This document shows, piece after piece, positions 39,019 to 51,908 of a stretch of DNA of 64,000 nt. The stretch spans positions 1-64,000 of the forward strand of contig JAHLWZ010000602.1 of NCBI GenBank assembly GCA_020536535.1, written 5' to 3'. How positions within the stretch are numbered: the first letter of the stretch is position 1; the number at the start of each line of letters is the position of its first letter. A program made the position numbers and the translations under genes. Under the pieces are notes generated by a model. The model saw nothing but the letters and a program-made list of their open reading frames with translations, did no database searches and was not told where the DNA came from. Source of the stretch: Pelomyxa schiedti (lineage: Eukaryota; Protista; Evosea).

Positions 39019-40194
39019 ATGTCAGGAACTCTTTGTGGAACTACAGCGACGCTGTGTGACCTTCTTCCCCTTCCACGTAAGAGATTCGCCGACGATGATG
39101 CAGACACTGTCTCTGATGATGATGTTGATGAGGAAGACGACGATGCTCCCACGGGCGAAACTGAGGACGAGGAGTAATTCCCTTTCCGCCCGAAACAACA
39201 ATGCACAACTCAGAAAACCTTTATTTTCATGTGCTTTATCTTACATCCTCCAAGTGACCTCACCGATGCGGCGGTGCTACTCTTGAAGCTATCTCAAAGT
39301 CCAACTACCCCTGTGGCTTTACACAATCCCGCACATCAGCCTGCAACTATTACTGCAACTACTACTACGACACCTACTACTACACCTACTAGTTGTTTCA
39401 AGCCTAAACGCCAGCGCACTAGCCCTGAGCAGCTCGATCTCTTGGAACAGATATTTCAAACCAACACTATGCCAAACCAACAGACACGCATGCATCTTGC
39501 TGCGGAATTGGGCATGTCTACACGTAGGATACAGATTTGGTTCCAAAACAAGCGTGCTAAGGTGAGACGCACAGCCATGAGGCAAGATGGGACTACTTTC
39601 CAAAAGCCCTTACAACCTGTACCAGTTCATCCAAGCAGTCAACTGAGTGACAAGATTACCGTGCCAAAGCCACTGACGAAGACTGGTGTTAACGGGAGTA
39701 CCGGTTCATTGACCTCAACCATTTTCTCCAGCAGTCCGCTGTCATCTGTTTTTGGCACCTCACCAACCCTTTCCTCCCTTACTCCTCCAGCTGTTGCTCC
39801 ATCGGTGAGTGCCGTGCACAGCAAAACACTTGGTTTATCTTGTTCTCCCCCTATTAGTGGCAGTGAGGATTGCGCCTCTCCCTGTGGCTCCCCACCCTCT
39901 GTCCGCAATGCCGCCACTCCGCGCAATTTTTCGTCTTCCCTTGCTACTATGCTTTCATTGAGTGGCCTTTCTGCAACTACTCCCAGTACCCCACAAATAG
40001 CAGTTCCCATATCTCAACCCTCAGCATCAGCAGTTGCCGCGGTTGTTGCGGCGGCATTAGCCCCATCAAATCATCCAGTGCACAACACCCCCACCCAACC
40101 ACAACCAATACCAAACACTACAGCAACCCCTGGATTATTACCATCCCTGGAAGAGCAAGGACTCCTGGTGGTGGGAGGTCCCTTTCTGTTTTGA
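39019..40194 (+). CDS. Homeobox transcription factor
   Basis: KRQRTSPEQLDLLEQIF...LGMSTRRIQIWFQNKRAK; acidic first exon joined by one intron. Confidence 0.92.
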
Positions 40195-40314
40195 GGTATT
40201 ACTAGTAAAACCGTGACATAAACACAATCCCATTTTTGCAGTTATATCTTCTCTTCTATCCACTTCCTTCAAAGAAAGAATCCCAAGTCCCAAATAACTT
40301 ATTCTTGTTAAGCA

Positions 40315-41770
40315 TTACAGAAGGCCAGGATGTTCATCAGTGGATAGGAAGTATCCCAAGTCATCGTAATAGTAGTCATTGTAGGGAGTAGGTGGTTGGA
40401 ACCAAGTTTGTTGTGGGGGCACCGGGGTTAGGGCGAAAAGTGGGGGTGGGTTGTGGACTTCATTTTGAGGAACTAGAAGTTGCTGCCCCAAGGATGGTTG
40501 AAAAGGAGAGACTGGGTTAGTTTCGAGGGCTGGGTGTGTGTCGATTACAGCCTCTGGTATATCGTAGTCCAGTTGGGAACAGTGACCTTGTGCTGCATCA
40601 TCATACAGAGGCAATGGGGACGCAGTCTCAGAGGGTGAAGGAGGGAGAGAAGAGGGACCAAAGGTACAAGTACTGGAAGATACCGCGAAAGTTGAAGGTG
40701 CCATCTGTGTGTTCTGCGCGGTCTGTGGGATTGCTGTGGTCTGCGCGGCAGAGAGAGGTAAAAGTGATTGCTGGAGACCTTGCTGTTGAATAAACGGTAT
40801 GGCTACAATTTGTTGTGGGGGTGAGCAGTAGACTTCATTTTGAGACCCGGAAGTGTACGTAGGAATGGGTAGGGTACTGTAAATAAGGACTTGGTTATTT
40901 TGAGGTGCAAAGTAGAGGCTGTTCTGATATACTTGAGGCTGATATTGAGAAAAGTTGCCTTGTATTGAAGATTGCTCATTCCAAGGCCACGGGGACACAA
41001 AGACATTGGCCCCAGGAGGGTGCAGAGTGGGACTGTTGAAGCAAGTCTGCATCCAAGGTGTCTGTGTACTCGGTGGGGTAATGGTGGTCTGTGGGGTCTG
41101 TAGTGTCTGGGATACCGGTGGGGTTGCCATGGTGGGCACTTGTGGTATATGTTGGATCTGTGTTGTCGGTGCTGTCTGAGGCCTGGGGCCGGGGTCAGTT
41201 TCTAGTTTCATTTTAGAAAACCAAATGGAAACAGAGGGAAAAACCAATGACATATGATGTGTATAACCAAGTTTCCCCATTCTCACTCACTACAATTCTC
41301 AGTCTCAATTTCCCACTATATAATGGCCTCCCTCCACGGGTTTTGGAAATGTTTACAAAACGTAACTGCCTGTTTGGGTGTTCCATGTCCGAATCTAAGT
41401 TGTAGCTAAGTCGTCACTTTAAAAAGCCAAGGCAGAGGCTACCTCTCAGTTCCAAAAAAGACCCGTTACGGAGCCGGAGCTGGCGAATCCTGCTGTCTTG
41501 GGTAAAGCTACAACTGAGGGTATTCATTCGCAAATCCGTTGGGGCGAAGTAACTGACGCGAGTATCCTCCTCCGTCTCCTCGGAGATAGTAATGCCCAGG
41601 AGCGAAATAACTTGATATGTAAGCGTAATGATTCTCTTCCAACTGGCTCCGACTTCAACTGTCATGTGGCGAGCGCCCCGTTTACATCCCAGCCTGTCCA
41701 TTTGCATACCGACGGCATGCGGGTCTTTCCTGTACGTTACAAAAGTTACAAGGGAGAACATAGAAGACAT
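40315..41770 (-). CDS. Hypothetical protein (possible beta-grasp N-terminus, Gln/Pro/Thr-rich C-terminal region)
   Basis: Two collinear ORFs (41414-41800 and 40315-41286). The splice junction was not resolved. Confidence 0.4.
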
Positions 41771-42256
41771 GGAGGAGAAAAAAACAGGGTTTTTTTTCAA
41801 AGGGGGGGAACCGAAAACTAAAAGAAAAGAAAGAACCGTACCCGGTTGTTGTGTTCGAATACATTTTGTCCCGTTTCGAAACGGCTACGCGTCGCCTCGC
41901 CTGTGTGTTTTTGTTTTAGTTAACAGAGTTCGTTGTGTTCGTTTCCCTTTTTTCGTTCACCTTGAGGCTGGTTACGGGGACGCGGTTAAGAATCCAAAGA
42001 TAGGTTGCATTTTCCGGGTAGGGTTGTCCCTGGCCAACTCACGCGAGGGTATCGTGTTACTACGTAGATCCCACACCAGTAAACTGTCTGAATTAATTGT
42101 TGTTGTATGGGGAGTAGACGAAATCTCGCAGTAATAAAGCAAAAAAAGTCGCCGGCACGCATCCGGTAACTTGGTATTTATACCAACTCCGGCAGAAACG
42201 ACAAAAAGTGGGTTTTTACACCAGGCAAACCAATTAAATGACAAAGAAGACACCCA

Positions 42257-45200
42257 TCACTCACTGGACTGAGGGAACGTGATGACCTCGTTGGGGGCGA
42301 GCTGCAGAGGGGCTTCGGGTGTTGGTGGCAGCAGAGGTATCTTCTCCAGAATGCGGGGTTCCACGGGATCCGGCATTAGGGAATCGGGCCGGAACGTGTG
42401 CAGGAAGTGTGACAGCTGCACGGGATTGAGTGAGCTGAAGGCCGCTTGTGCGGCTGCTTCGTCGGTTAGGACTGACTTGTCCATAATTAGGAGGTTGGCG
42501 GCTTGCTTGACGTGCTCAAGGTATGTCCTGGAGGGGAGCAGGGTGGGTTTCAGAGTTAGTGGCTGGTGTTTTATGCAATGTGAATTGGGTTTACCTTGCA
42601 CGACTTAGGAACGTGCTTTGGAAAAGGAACTCTTCTATTGAGGAAAGACCCAGTTTAACCTGGAAGCCGTTTCCGCAAGTACCTGCATGGGGTTTTTCTA
42701 TTAGTATCGAGTTTACATAAATGTAACGGAAGATACAATACTCAGGTTGATTTACAAGTTGGTTAAAAAGTCTAGCATTAATCCAATAACATAATTGCGA
42801 GAAGAACTGTTGACAAATAGATCTGGAAATTCCATTATCCAGCAGCCTTTGTAGAGATTCGTGTAAAATTTGAATGATGTCAACAATGCTGGGTCCTTTT
42901 GATTTTTCATATATTCTTTTTTACCCGTTATTGGAGGTGAGCGACTTGATAGTGCGTTACCTTATCGGTGTATTGACTCGTCGTTGTTCTGGTGGATTAA
43001 ATATGGCTTGTATTAATATCCGATCAAGAAGCTGCCAAGCAATAAGGAAATGTGTGAACTTAAAAGACATACCTGCTCAGTTTTTTGAAGAAGCAAAAAA
43101 AAAATGTCATGTAGGACGTCTTGCAGCTGCATCACAAAACGAGGAAGCTCACCCTCAGGGATTGTGGTTGGTTTAACAATATACTCGGTTCGACTTCATT
43201 AATATTAGAGACATTGGGAAAGAGGGTAACTTGCCTGGGAAGAGCCAACTCCCCTTGTACGAAATTGACAAGGCTCCAGGTTACAGTAACAAGGTATGTG
43301 GACATATTCAAATTATCTCTGTATCCCTGATCGCAAGTTATTTACTCTGCTGGAGAGAATAGAGACAGACATTGGCAGCCATCTTGATTCTTTCTGCAAT
43401 TTTATCGAAGAAAAATACATCTGGCTTCTGGAAACAATTCCACTGTTGCAGTCGCTCTATAATATGCAATGCTGTGCATGGAATGCCTTGGGAGTCAAAC
43501 AAGGAAGAGTCGGCATTAAAGAGTACACTAATGAGGTATTCTTCGACTTTCAATTTGTGATCTCTCTGCTACATAAAGTGTAAGGATACTGCTAAAGACT
43601 TTAAAGAATGTTGGAACAACCTGGTTTTTGGCAAGGTTTTTATCCCCACTGTCCTAAAGCATTGTAAATAGATTTTCTTAAACAGACTGGGCCATGCCTT
43701 TACAAGTCCTTCAAGCTTCTTCTTTGCTTTCTGTGCTTCTTTTAATTTCTTGCGTAGTGAGTCCAGTTCAAGTTCGTCATCTTGTCCAACTTGAAGCTGA
43801 ACACGCAACTTTTCTTCTAACTCATCTCTGTCACTTTCCAGCTTCTTGATTTCTTCCTTTAATTTCTGCATTGTTTGAAGCATTTGTACTCGCATAACTT
43901 CAAACTGTGATATTTGTTCTCGAGACTCGGTTCGAATTTTTTCTGTATCTTGGTGATAGGCGGCTTGTGCCTCACTAAGAGCTGTTTGTAGGTCAGTAAT
44001 AGTTTTTCTGGCAGAGGCAAGCTGAGATTGTAGGTCTGCCTCGGAACAGGTTTGATCCTAATACCAGCATTAGCCAGAGATATTTTGATGCTAACTTGCC
44101 TGGAGTTTTCCTTTAAAGTGTGTCAGTTGCGATGACAGTTGAGTGCACTGGTCCTCACATTCTCTATATTTGTGTTGGAGTTCATCATTTTCTCCAAGGG
44201 TCGTTTGCAGTGATCGTGACAGCTCAGCTTTTTCTAGTTTAAGTTGCTCCAGTTGCTGCGTGACTCTGGCAAGTGAGCTGGATTCTGCTTCTAGCTTGTC
44301 CAATAACTCATGGTTGCTATCTTTCAGGGTTGCCACAACATGAACCAATTCACTATTTTCGGTTGATGCTCCTGATGCTGTTTGCTCAAATCTTTGCGTT
44401 AACTCTTCTCTCTCCTCTTTTAGCCTATCTATCTGAGAATTTTTGTGTTTAAGCTGTTGCTGAAGTTTTTCCGCTTCTTCTGCCTGCAGTTTAAGCTTCG
44501 ATTTCAGTTCTTCAATGTCTGATTGAAGGTCAGCATTATTTTTTTTGTAGGTCTGTAGTTCTGCTTTTGTTTGTTCAACCAAGGCACTGCTACGTGTAAG
44601 TTTTAGGGATAGTTCGCGTGTACTGTCACGAGCACTTTCAAGCTCCGCATGTACTGATGTTTCTTTGGTTATTGCCGCTTGTAGTTGCTGTTGTAATTCA
44701 GCATGCCTGGTGCTTGATGATTGTGTAAGTAGTTGCTTCTCCCGCTCCCAGTTTGCAGTCTTGGTCGCCAACAAATCTTCAGCAAGTTTGAGCTGTTGCA
44801 TCAAGTTGTTGATTTGGGATTCGGCAGTAGCAGAGGCAGCACGGCCTTCTATACTAGCTTTTTCGAGTTTTGTTGTCAGGTGTGCGGAGTCTGCCTTCAA
44901 TGAAGTGACTATCTGGTGAGTTTCTCAAATTAGAAAGGAAGCAATCAAGGGGAAAAAAAAGGAACAACGAGTGCACTTTAAATTGCTCCTGCAGCTCAGT
45001 TTCCAGTGTAACAACTCGTTTGTTAGATTTCTCCAGATCATCTCTCAGTTGTGCGCACCTACTTTCCAATACTTCCTCCCGCTTTCTAGCCAGCTCCTCC
45101 TTGTTTTTGAGTAGTCCCCGCTCAGTTTCTGAATGGGACCCAAGGTCATCAAGCTTTACTCTGAGTTCTGCAATGAGACTTTCACTTTCAGAATTCAGGG

Positions 45201-46933
45201 ATTTGAGGGTGGCAATTTCTTTGGATTGACACACTACTTCTTCTTCATAGTGCTTTGCCTCTACTTTAGCTTGTTCTAGCTCAAGAGTAAGTTTTTCTAA
45301 CTGGGCAGTCACTTCCTCTCGCACGGCTTTCTTTTGTTTGACAGCAGATTCTTCTGACTGTTTAAGTTCAGCTTGGCACCTTTCCAATTCATTTTTGAGA
45401 TCACGGATTTTCTTTTCATTGTGCGTCTTCTCAGATGCCATTTTCTTTTCCAATACCGTCAAATGGGAGTGCAATTCAGTGAGTTGCTGAAGTTCTGTAT
45501 CAGCAGACGGCTTGCTGCCAGTACTTTTCACCTCCAGAGATTTAATTCGAGACATCAACTCCTCTTCCTTTGCTGCTCGAGAGGCTTCATTTTCTTGCAT
45601 TTTCTGTTGCTTGGAAAGCACATCCTCTGTGCTGCGTGAAAAATGTGTGTGCATTGGCGTAGAGGGAGGAAAATGTTAGTAGAGGAAAAACCTTTGAGTT
45701 TTGTGTTTTCTGCAGTCATTTCCTCCAGCTTGGCTTTTAAAGCATCAACATCTTTTGCTGTTTCATGCTTCAAACGTTTGGTAGATTTATCTCTCTTCTC
45801 CACTTCTGCCTTAAGTGTCTCTTCAGACTTGGTTAATCTGGAAACTTGTTCCCTCAATAGAGTGATTTCATCCCCACTGGATGATGGGGGGGCTGTTTGG
45901 GATGACAAGGGAGCCTTTGTAACAGCAGGTGTATCAACTTCAGTTGCACTCGGTGCAGGGATTTCTTCTTTACTGGAGTGGCCTCGGGAATGATCTTTGG
46001 TGTGTGATCCACTCTCTCTGTGTTCCCTTTTACTATGCGACTCTTTATGAGGCACAGGAGCAACTGAAGTATCCGTAGTTGTTGTAGTGGTTGTAGCACT
46101 GGTAGTAACACTGGCAGTGGATGTTGGTGTTGATGCTGATGCTGACGATGACGATGACGATGACGATGTCGAAGTTGAGGTGGAGGTGGAAGTTGAGGTT
46201 GTGCTTGACTTGGAAGCACTGTCCCCTTTTTCGGGCTTATCTTCAGCCTCAAAGTCAACTTTTTCTTCATCTTCATCTTCCTTGCAGAGATTTCAGTGTC
46301 AGATATAAAAGAGAAGAAGATTACTTCAGCTTCTGACAATAAAATATCCGTTTCGTCCTCTCTAAGTTGGGTAAGTAAATTTGCGAAATTGAAGCTGGAA
46401 TGTACGCTGCTCCTGCACCCATGTTTTCTGAAGAAAACTTAATCTGGAAGGAATGAGAAAGGAAGGGTGAAACGTCCAACACACGAGTAAAGAAATCGGG
46501 GGGCCCTTGGCACCCTTTTTCTTGAGGATAAACGTGGCAGGCTTTACAGCACCACCAAGGTCAGCATAGTCACTCATGTTGACTGTGACTTTGCCCAAGG
46601 CTTTTTTCTTCTTTCCTTTATCTTCTTTAACAGAAAATACGATATTTTTGGCGTCCTTGGGTGTTGATTGGTTTTGTTTGTATAGGAAAAAGGGATGTGG
46701 AAATGATGTACATAAGAAGAGCCCTCCTTAAACAGTGTGCAATTGACTGTGACAGTCTCGTTCCATTCACAAGTTCCCGCCTTTACAGGCTTGCTGGGTG
46801 TTGTGCCTTGATTTTCTTTCTTCGTGCCTCGCTTCCAAGACACGGAAGCCGAAGTACACGCATCGGGAATCCCATTCGCCATTACATACGTCACCTTGTA
46901 CTTTTGCTTTATAGCCGTCTTCTTCTTGAACAT
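42257..46933 (-). CDS. NT-C2 domain - long coiled coil - Dilute (DIL) domain protein
   Basis: VSWKRGTKKENQGTT...CEWNETVTVNCTLF (NT-C2); heptad-rich exons; QFFSQLCYWINARLFNQL, QAANLLIMDK and LNPVQLSHFL (DIL). Confidence 0.85.
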
Positions 46934-47259
46934 CTTCGGTGAGTGGCAGCCAACGTCACGAGGTGGTGTTGTCTCCTATATTTGTTAGTTAAATAAGAAT
47001 GACCTCATTCTTTTAGTTGGTGTTGTTCGCAGGGGATTAGTGCCTTGCCTTGTCTCCACTTAATTTTGTTTTTTTTGGCTTCAAATTGTCTTGAGCTCTC
47101 ACCAGCGTTTCTGTGAAGGACAAAAAAAAAAACCCACGAAACAAACAACAAAAAAAAAAATCGGTGCCACCAAGGGACGCCGACAGATCGCAACCCCCCG
47201 CCAACGTAAAAAAAAAAACTTTGCGCCGAACACCACAATAAAAAAAGCCAAGTGAAGGA

Positions 47260-49251
47260 ATGTCGTCGTCACCGAGCCCCCGCGACGTGTCTCCGTCGGT
47301 CCCGAATTCGCCGCAGCAGCAGGCGCGCGAGGACGTGTTCACGCACTTCGAGACCGCGGAGCCGCTGGGGCCCAACGAGCGGGAGCTCGTGTGCCCCATC
47401 TGCCTGGACCTGCTGAGCCACCCGGTCGTGCACCCCGAGTGCCGGAGCACCTTCTGCCTGGGCTGCGTCGCCCGCCTCGAGTCGTGCCCGCACTGCCGGG
47501 CAAAGATATCGCCCGGCGCCAAGGGGCTGCCCGAGGCCCCCAACGTGGTCCGCAACCTGGTCAACAGGGTCAGGATGAGGTGCCTCGACTGCGGCGCCGT
47601 GTGCCTCAGGGAGCAGTGCCACCAACATTATCGAGAGGTGTGCCCAATTGTTTGCCCAAATGCCTGCTCTCAAAAGGTACTTTTTCTTCTTTCCCCCCCC
47701 CCCCCTTTACCCCACCCTTCCCGTTTTACAATAATAATGTTACTTCTGAGAATGGGTTTATATTTTGTATAGAAAATACACAACTTTTTTTTTGTTTTTA
47801 ACTGCTTGGGTTGGTAGATAACAAGAGCTACTTCCGCCAACCATGTGCATGTGGCTTGCACAAAGGCTGTGTCCCGCTGTGCTGCTTGGGATGTTGGGTG
47901 CTCCTTCACATCGGCAAGTCTCAGTTTTTTTGTTTGTTTGTTTGTTTGTTTGTTTGTTTGTTTGTTTGTTTGTTTGTTTGTTTGTTTGTTTGTTTGTTTG
48001 TTTGTTTGTTTGTTTGTTTGTTTGTTTGTTTGTTTGTTTGTTTGTNNNNNNNNNNNNNNNNNNNNNNNNNNNNNNNNNNNNNNNNNNNNNNNNNNNNNNN
48101 NNNNNNNNNNNNNNNNNNNNNNNNNNNNNNNNNNNNNNNNNNNNNTTGTTTGTTTGTTTGTTTGTTTGTTTGTTTGTTTGTTTGTTTGTTTGTTTGTTTG
48201 TTTGTTTGTTTGTTTGTTTGTTTGTTTGTTTGTTTGTTTGTTTGTTTGTTTGTTTGTTTGTTTCCGAATAGGTCTAACAAAGTCTTGATCAGTTGCGTGA
48301 GGCCCTCCCTGAACACGAAGCGGACTGCCAACTGCTTAAACTTCGACCAGCGCTAAAGGTACTAGTACCAAGTGGCACAGTCTTTCCCTATGCAGGGGAT
48401 ACCAATAGTTTCGTTCCCCCTGTAAGTTCACCCTTTTCCCTTTACCCCCCGCCCCCAACCAACTTTTCTTACCTGAACACAAAACCCACTTGAACACAGG
48501 GCTTCCTGCCATGTGACGGCCGCCACTTGTCCCGTGATGAGTATTCATCACTCTTCCAGGCCCTTGGGTACCGCTACGGCCGGGTCTCCATTCCCAGGTC
48601 CTCGTTGGCCACAAACACCACAGTGATCACAAACCCCTCTTCATCACTCCCGCAATCATCCTCGTCATCCTCATCCCCGTCGTCCTCATCATCTTCTTCT
48701 TCATCTCCATCGTCACTCCCGACTCCCTCAGTTTCCCCCCCTCCCATAATGATATCCGCGTCCGCGCCCTCGTCCGCACCCTCTTCGTCGTCGTCCTCGT
48801 CGTCGTCCTCATCCCATCATGATGATTTCTGCCTGCCCGATTACCGCGGCCGCTTCATGCGCGGCGTGAGCGGCAGCTCGTGCCTGGACCCCGACGCCGA
48901 CGCGCGGACGGCGATGCACTCGGGCGGCAACACAGGAAACTCGGTCGGGAGCATACAGAGGGATTCCGTGAAGAGCCACGCGCACATTCTGCCGTGCGCG
49001 GCTCTGGCGACTCTGCAAGACGCACATATGGGATTCCAGGTCTCCTCAAATGGAGCCAAAGTTGGTGTGTAGTTTGGGTTTTTTTTTTCCCCCCTTCCCC
49101 CCTGTTCTGTTCCATTCGTTTTACCTTAGTTTGCAGTAACACCTATTTACCATTTTTCTATCCTACAGGGTTGGTTGTGGGAACTTCAGAGTATGGGGCT
49201 GCCGAGACGAGACCCCAGAATGTCTATGTGAACTACATAATTAGGATCTAA
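47260..49251 (+). CDS. RING + TRAF-type zinc fingers + phage tail-collar domain protein
   Basis: CPICLDLL...ECRSTFCLGC...CPHCR; CPNACSQK...HVACTK...GCSF...EHEADC; PSGTVFPYAG, GFLPCDGRHLSRDEYSSLFQALGYRYG, FCLPDYRGRFMRG, ETRPQNVYVNYIIRI*. Confidence 0.85.
47930..48263. repeat. (TTTG)n microsatellite within an intron, spanning an assembly gap
   Basis: Pure TTTG array on both sides of the N run. Confidence 0.98.
48046..48145. other. Assembly gap (100 N)
   Basis: Run of N. Confidence 0.99.
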
Positions 49252-49561
49252 CGAAACAGATTTTGGCAATAAAAGAGAAAATTTTGTTGTTGTGCCCATC
49301 TTTGTTTGCTGTGACACACCCCGGGTGTGGCCTATCTCAGGATGCAATTGCACCCCCACAGTATCTAATAGATCTAAACAAATTTTTTATTGCGAAATCA
49401 CAAACAACGTTCTTTTTTCTTTTCAAGTTTTTTTTGGTAGTTAATCAACGGTTACACTCGTTGCCGGTTGACCTGTAACACCGACCTACAATACATACAA
49501 ACAACAATCAAAAAACCAAAACAAACCCAAACAGTTCACAGCTACGACAACCTACGCGGAA

Positions 49562-50318
49562 ATGAACGACGGAGCAGAGATGACGATAATTGTGGACGAG
49601 CCAAAGGTGGTTACTTTTGACCCCAGCGTAAACCCCGATCCCCCGCCTACGTACCCCGCCAGTGCCATGGGCTACCCTCCGCCGGCTCCCACAATAGTCG
49701 GCGGGCCGTATCCTCCCCCTGGCGCGATAATGTACCCATCTGGATACCCACCGCCGGCCCCTGGCACAGTGTACCCCGCTCCGGGTGTGTATCCGCCTGG
49801 TGCCGTGGCGTACCCGCCTGGTGCTGCGCCCCCCACTGTTGTCTACGTAACGGCGCCTCCTGTGGCAGTGGAGATCAAAAAGTGCGTACATAATATATGG
49901 GAAAAATGAAGCTGAAATGAGTGCCGAAAGTCATTTTCTAATGGACGCAGGGATGATGACCATGATCACCGTGATTGCTCCCATATACCTGACTACATGG
50001 GCCTTTCGGTTTGTTCACTGACTCTCTGACCTGGAGTTAATTATTACAGATTTTCAACATGCTGTGCTGCTTCTTTATCATCGGCATCATTGCCTTGATC
50101 AAGTCATCTGAAGTTCAGACACACAGGAGACACAATGGTACATAACCAGCAAACCTAAAACCCAACTTAACATAACTCAAGAGTATGATGCTGCCCAAGC
50201 TTCATCCAGAACAGCCCGTACACTCAACATATTTGGAATTATTTTCGGGTCAGTGTGCTGGGTCCTGGTAATAATTCTGATCATAGTGCGCGTTATCAGC
50301 ACCATCGCGTACTATTAA
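49562..50318 (+). CDS. CD225/dispanin (IFITM-like) membrane protein with Pro/Tyr-rich N-terminus
   Basis: Spliced sequence IPDYMGLSIFNMLCCFFIIGIIALIKSSEV...YDAAQASSRTARTLNIFGIIFG...; YPP repeats; 4 exons. Confidence 0.87.
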
Positions 50319-50418
50319 GTACAGACGCCCTGATACCACCATTTTGTGTATACCGGAAAATAGAAAAACCAAATTTTTTTGCCTCCAACAACCCGAAAGA
50401 CATTTCAATCAAACAAAA

Positions 50419-51706
50419 CTGGATTCCAAGGATTGTAGTAATGCAGGAGGAGAAGTTGTTGGCGTCTCGTTACTGTGTCTTCCTGATGCAGTGCTGGTGC
50501 ACATTTTGACGTTCTTGACAGTGCCTGAGCTGGTTCACAGAGTGTCCCTTGTTTGCACGAAACTGAGGAGCGTGGCTGACGATGAGTCGTTGTGGGAAAG
50601 GCACTTGATAGCATTGTCCAGCCCAAATGTAGCTGCTGCTCTGTTTTTTTTTTTTTGTTTGTTTTCCCTTTTCTGGTGTAACACTGGTGGCTGGTGAAAT
50701 TATTTTTGTTGTTGTGGTAATTTAACCACGTACAACAATAAAACAAGGAAATAGATGGATTGGACCCAGGGATACTTGCTAAGAGAAAGAAGGATATTTA
50801 TCTGTATTTGTGGGAGTTTCGGCAGCCCCCAAAAGACTGGGCATTACATTCAAAGCTACCATCAAGCGGAGGCAGATATTCTGCACTGTACTACTTCACA
50901 GGTATTTTAAGGAGTCAATTACTGTGTCGTTTCTCTGAAACACCCAGTGTAGTTGTGGGCCCCACAAATGCTGGAAAATCTTCATTGTTGCAGTGCATTA
51001 TGGGACATCCGTTTGTAGAGACTTACACCCCCACCATTGGTGTAGGTATTTATTTGCCATTACATCGCCTTGTTTTGAAACTATTCAGACTTTTCCATTG
51101 CCTATGTTTCCACTCTAGACTCTGTGATAAAACTGCTGTACTTTCTCTCCTGCTTAGTAGGACTGAAGTTTATGCAGGTGTTGGGACCTTTCAGGAAATC
51201 CTCTCTACTTACCCACAACAAGGAGCTATTTGCGGTTCGCTTCCATTGTTCCGTGTTGTCTCACTTATTGTACACAGTGGTCCAAATATCATTGTCCTGT
51301 GCTACAGTGTGACTGACCGTGACTCTTTCAACTCGTTAAGTAAGGCTTTGTCACCTTTGTTCTAACCTCTCCCCAGGATACACAATTGCTGGGAAAAAAG
51401 AGTGGAAGACAGCACTTCGAATCCTATGCACATCCTTGGCCTTAAATCTGATTCCAAAGACAGAGTAGTTTCTGCAAAGGAAGCCAGGTTCTTGATTGCA
51501 TTAAAACCAAAAATCAATCCCGCATAACATTCTGACACAGACAACAATTTGGGGAAAGATGGTGGGGGGAAGTGAGCAGCAAAACAGGTGATGGTGTTAC
51601 CGCTTTTGTACTCAAAGTTGTGCATCACTGGCACACCAAAAACACCCAACACACAACACCAGCACAGACACCCACTAAAGGTGGCCCCTCTTGTTCCCTC
51701 TGTTAA
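50419..51706 (+). CDS. F-box + Rab-like small GTPase fusion
   Basis: LLCLPDAVLVHILTFL...VSLVCTKLRSVADDESLW; GPTNAGKSS, YTPTIG, WDLSGN, CYSVTDRDSF, GLKSD, EVSSKTG; ends in CSLC*. The start codon is unresolved. Confidence 0.75.
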
Positions 51707-51908
51707 CCACTAAAGTTGCCCCTGGTTCTTATTTCATCCCCCCAAATTGAAAGATTGTATTGGAAAGCACAACACTGTTGGGTCTTGTCCCACTTGATAC
51801 AAGCGAGTCGGGTCAGAGAATGACTCCGGAACATTGCCAGTAATTTTCTTGATCGACTCCACCAACTTCCTCCAATTTGACAGAACGCTCTAAACCAAAA
51901 CAAAAAGG

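Noticed and set aside
47811-48356. ORFs of FVCL/KQTN repeats
   Set aside because: They are translations of the intronic TTTG microsatellite and the N gap.
48355-49251. Prophage or bacterial contamination suggested by the tail-collar domain
   Set aside because: The domain contains spliceosomal introns, is fused to eukaryotic zinc fingers and has no neighbouring phage genes.
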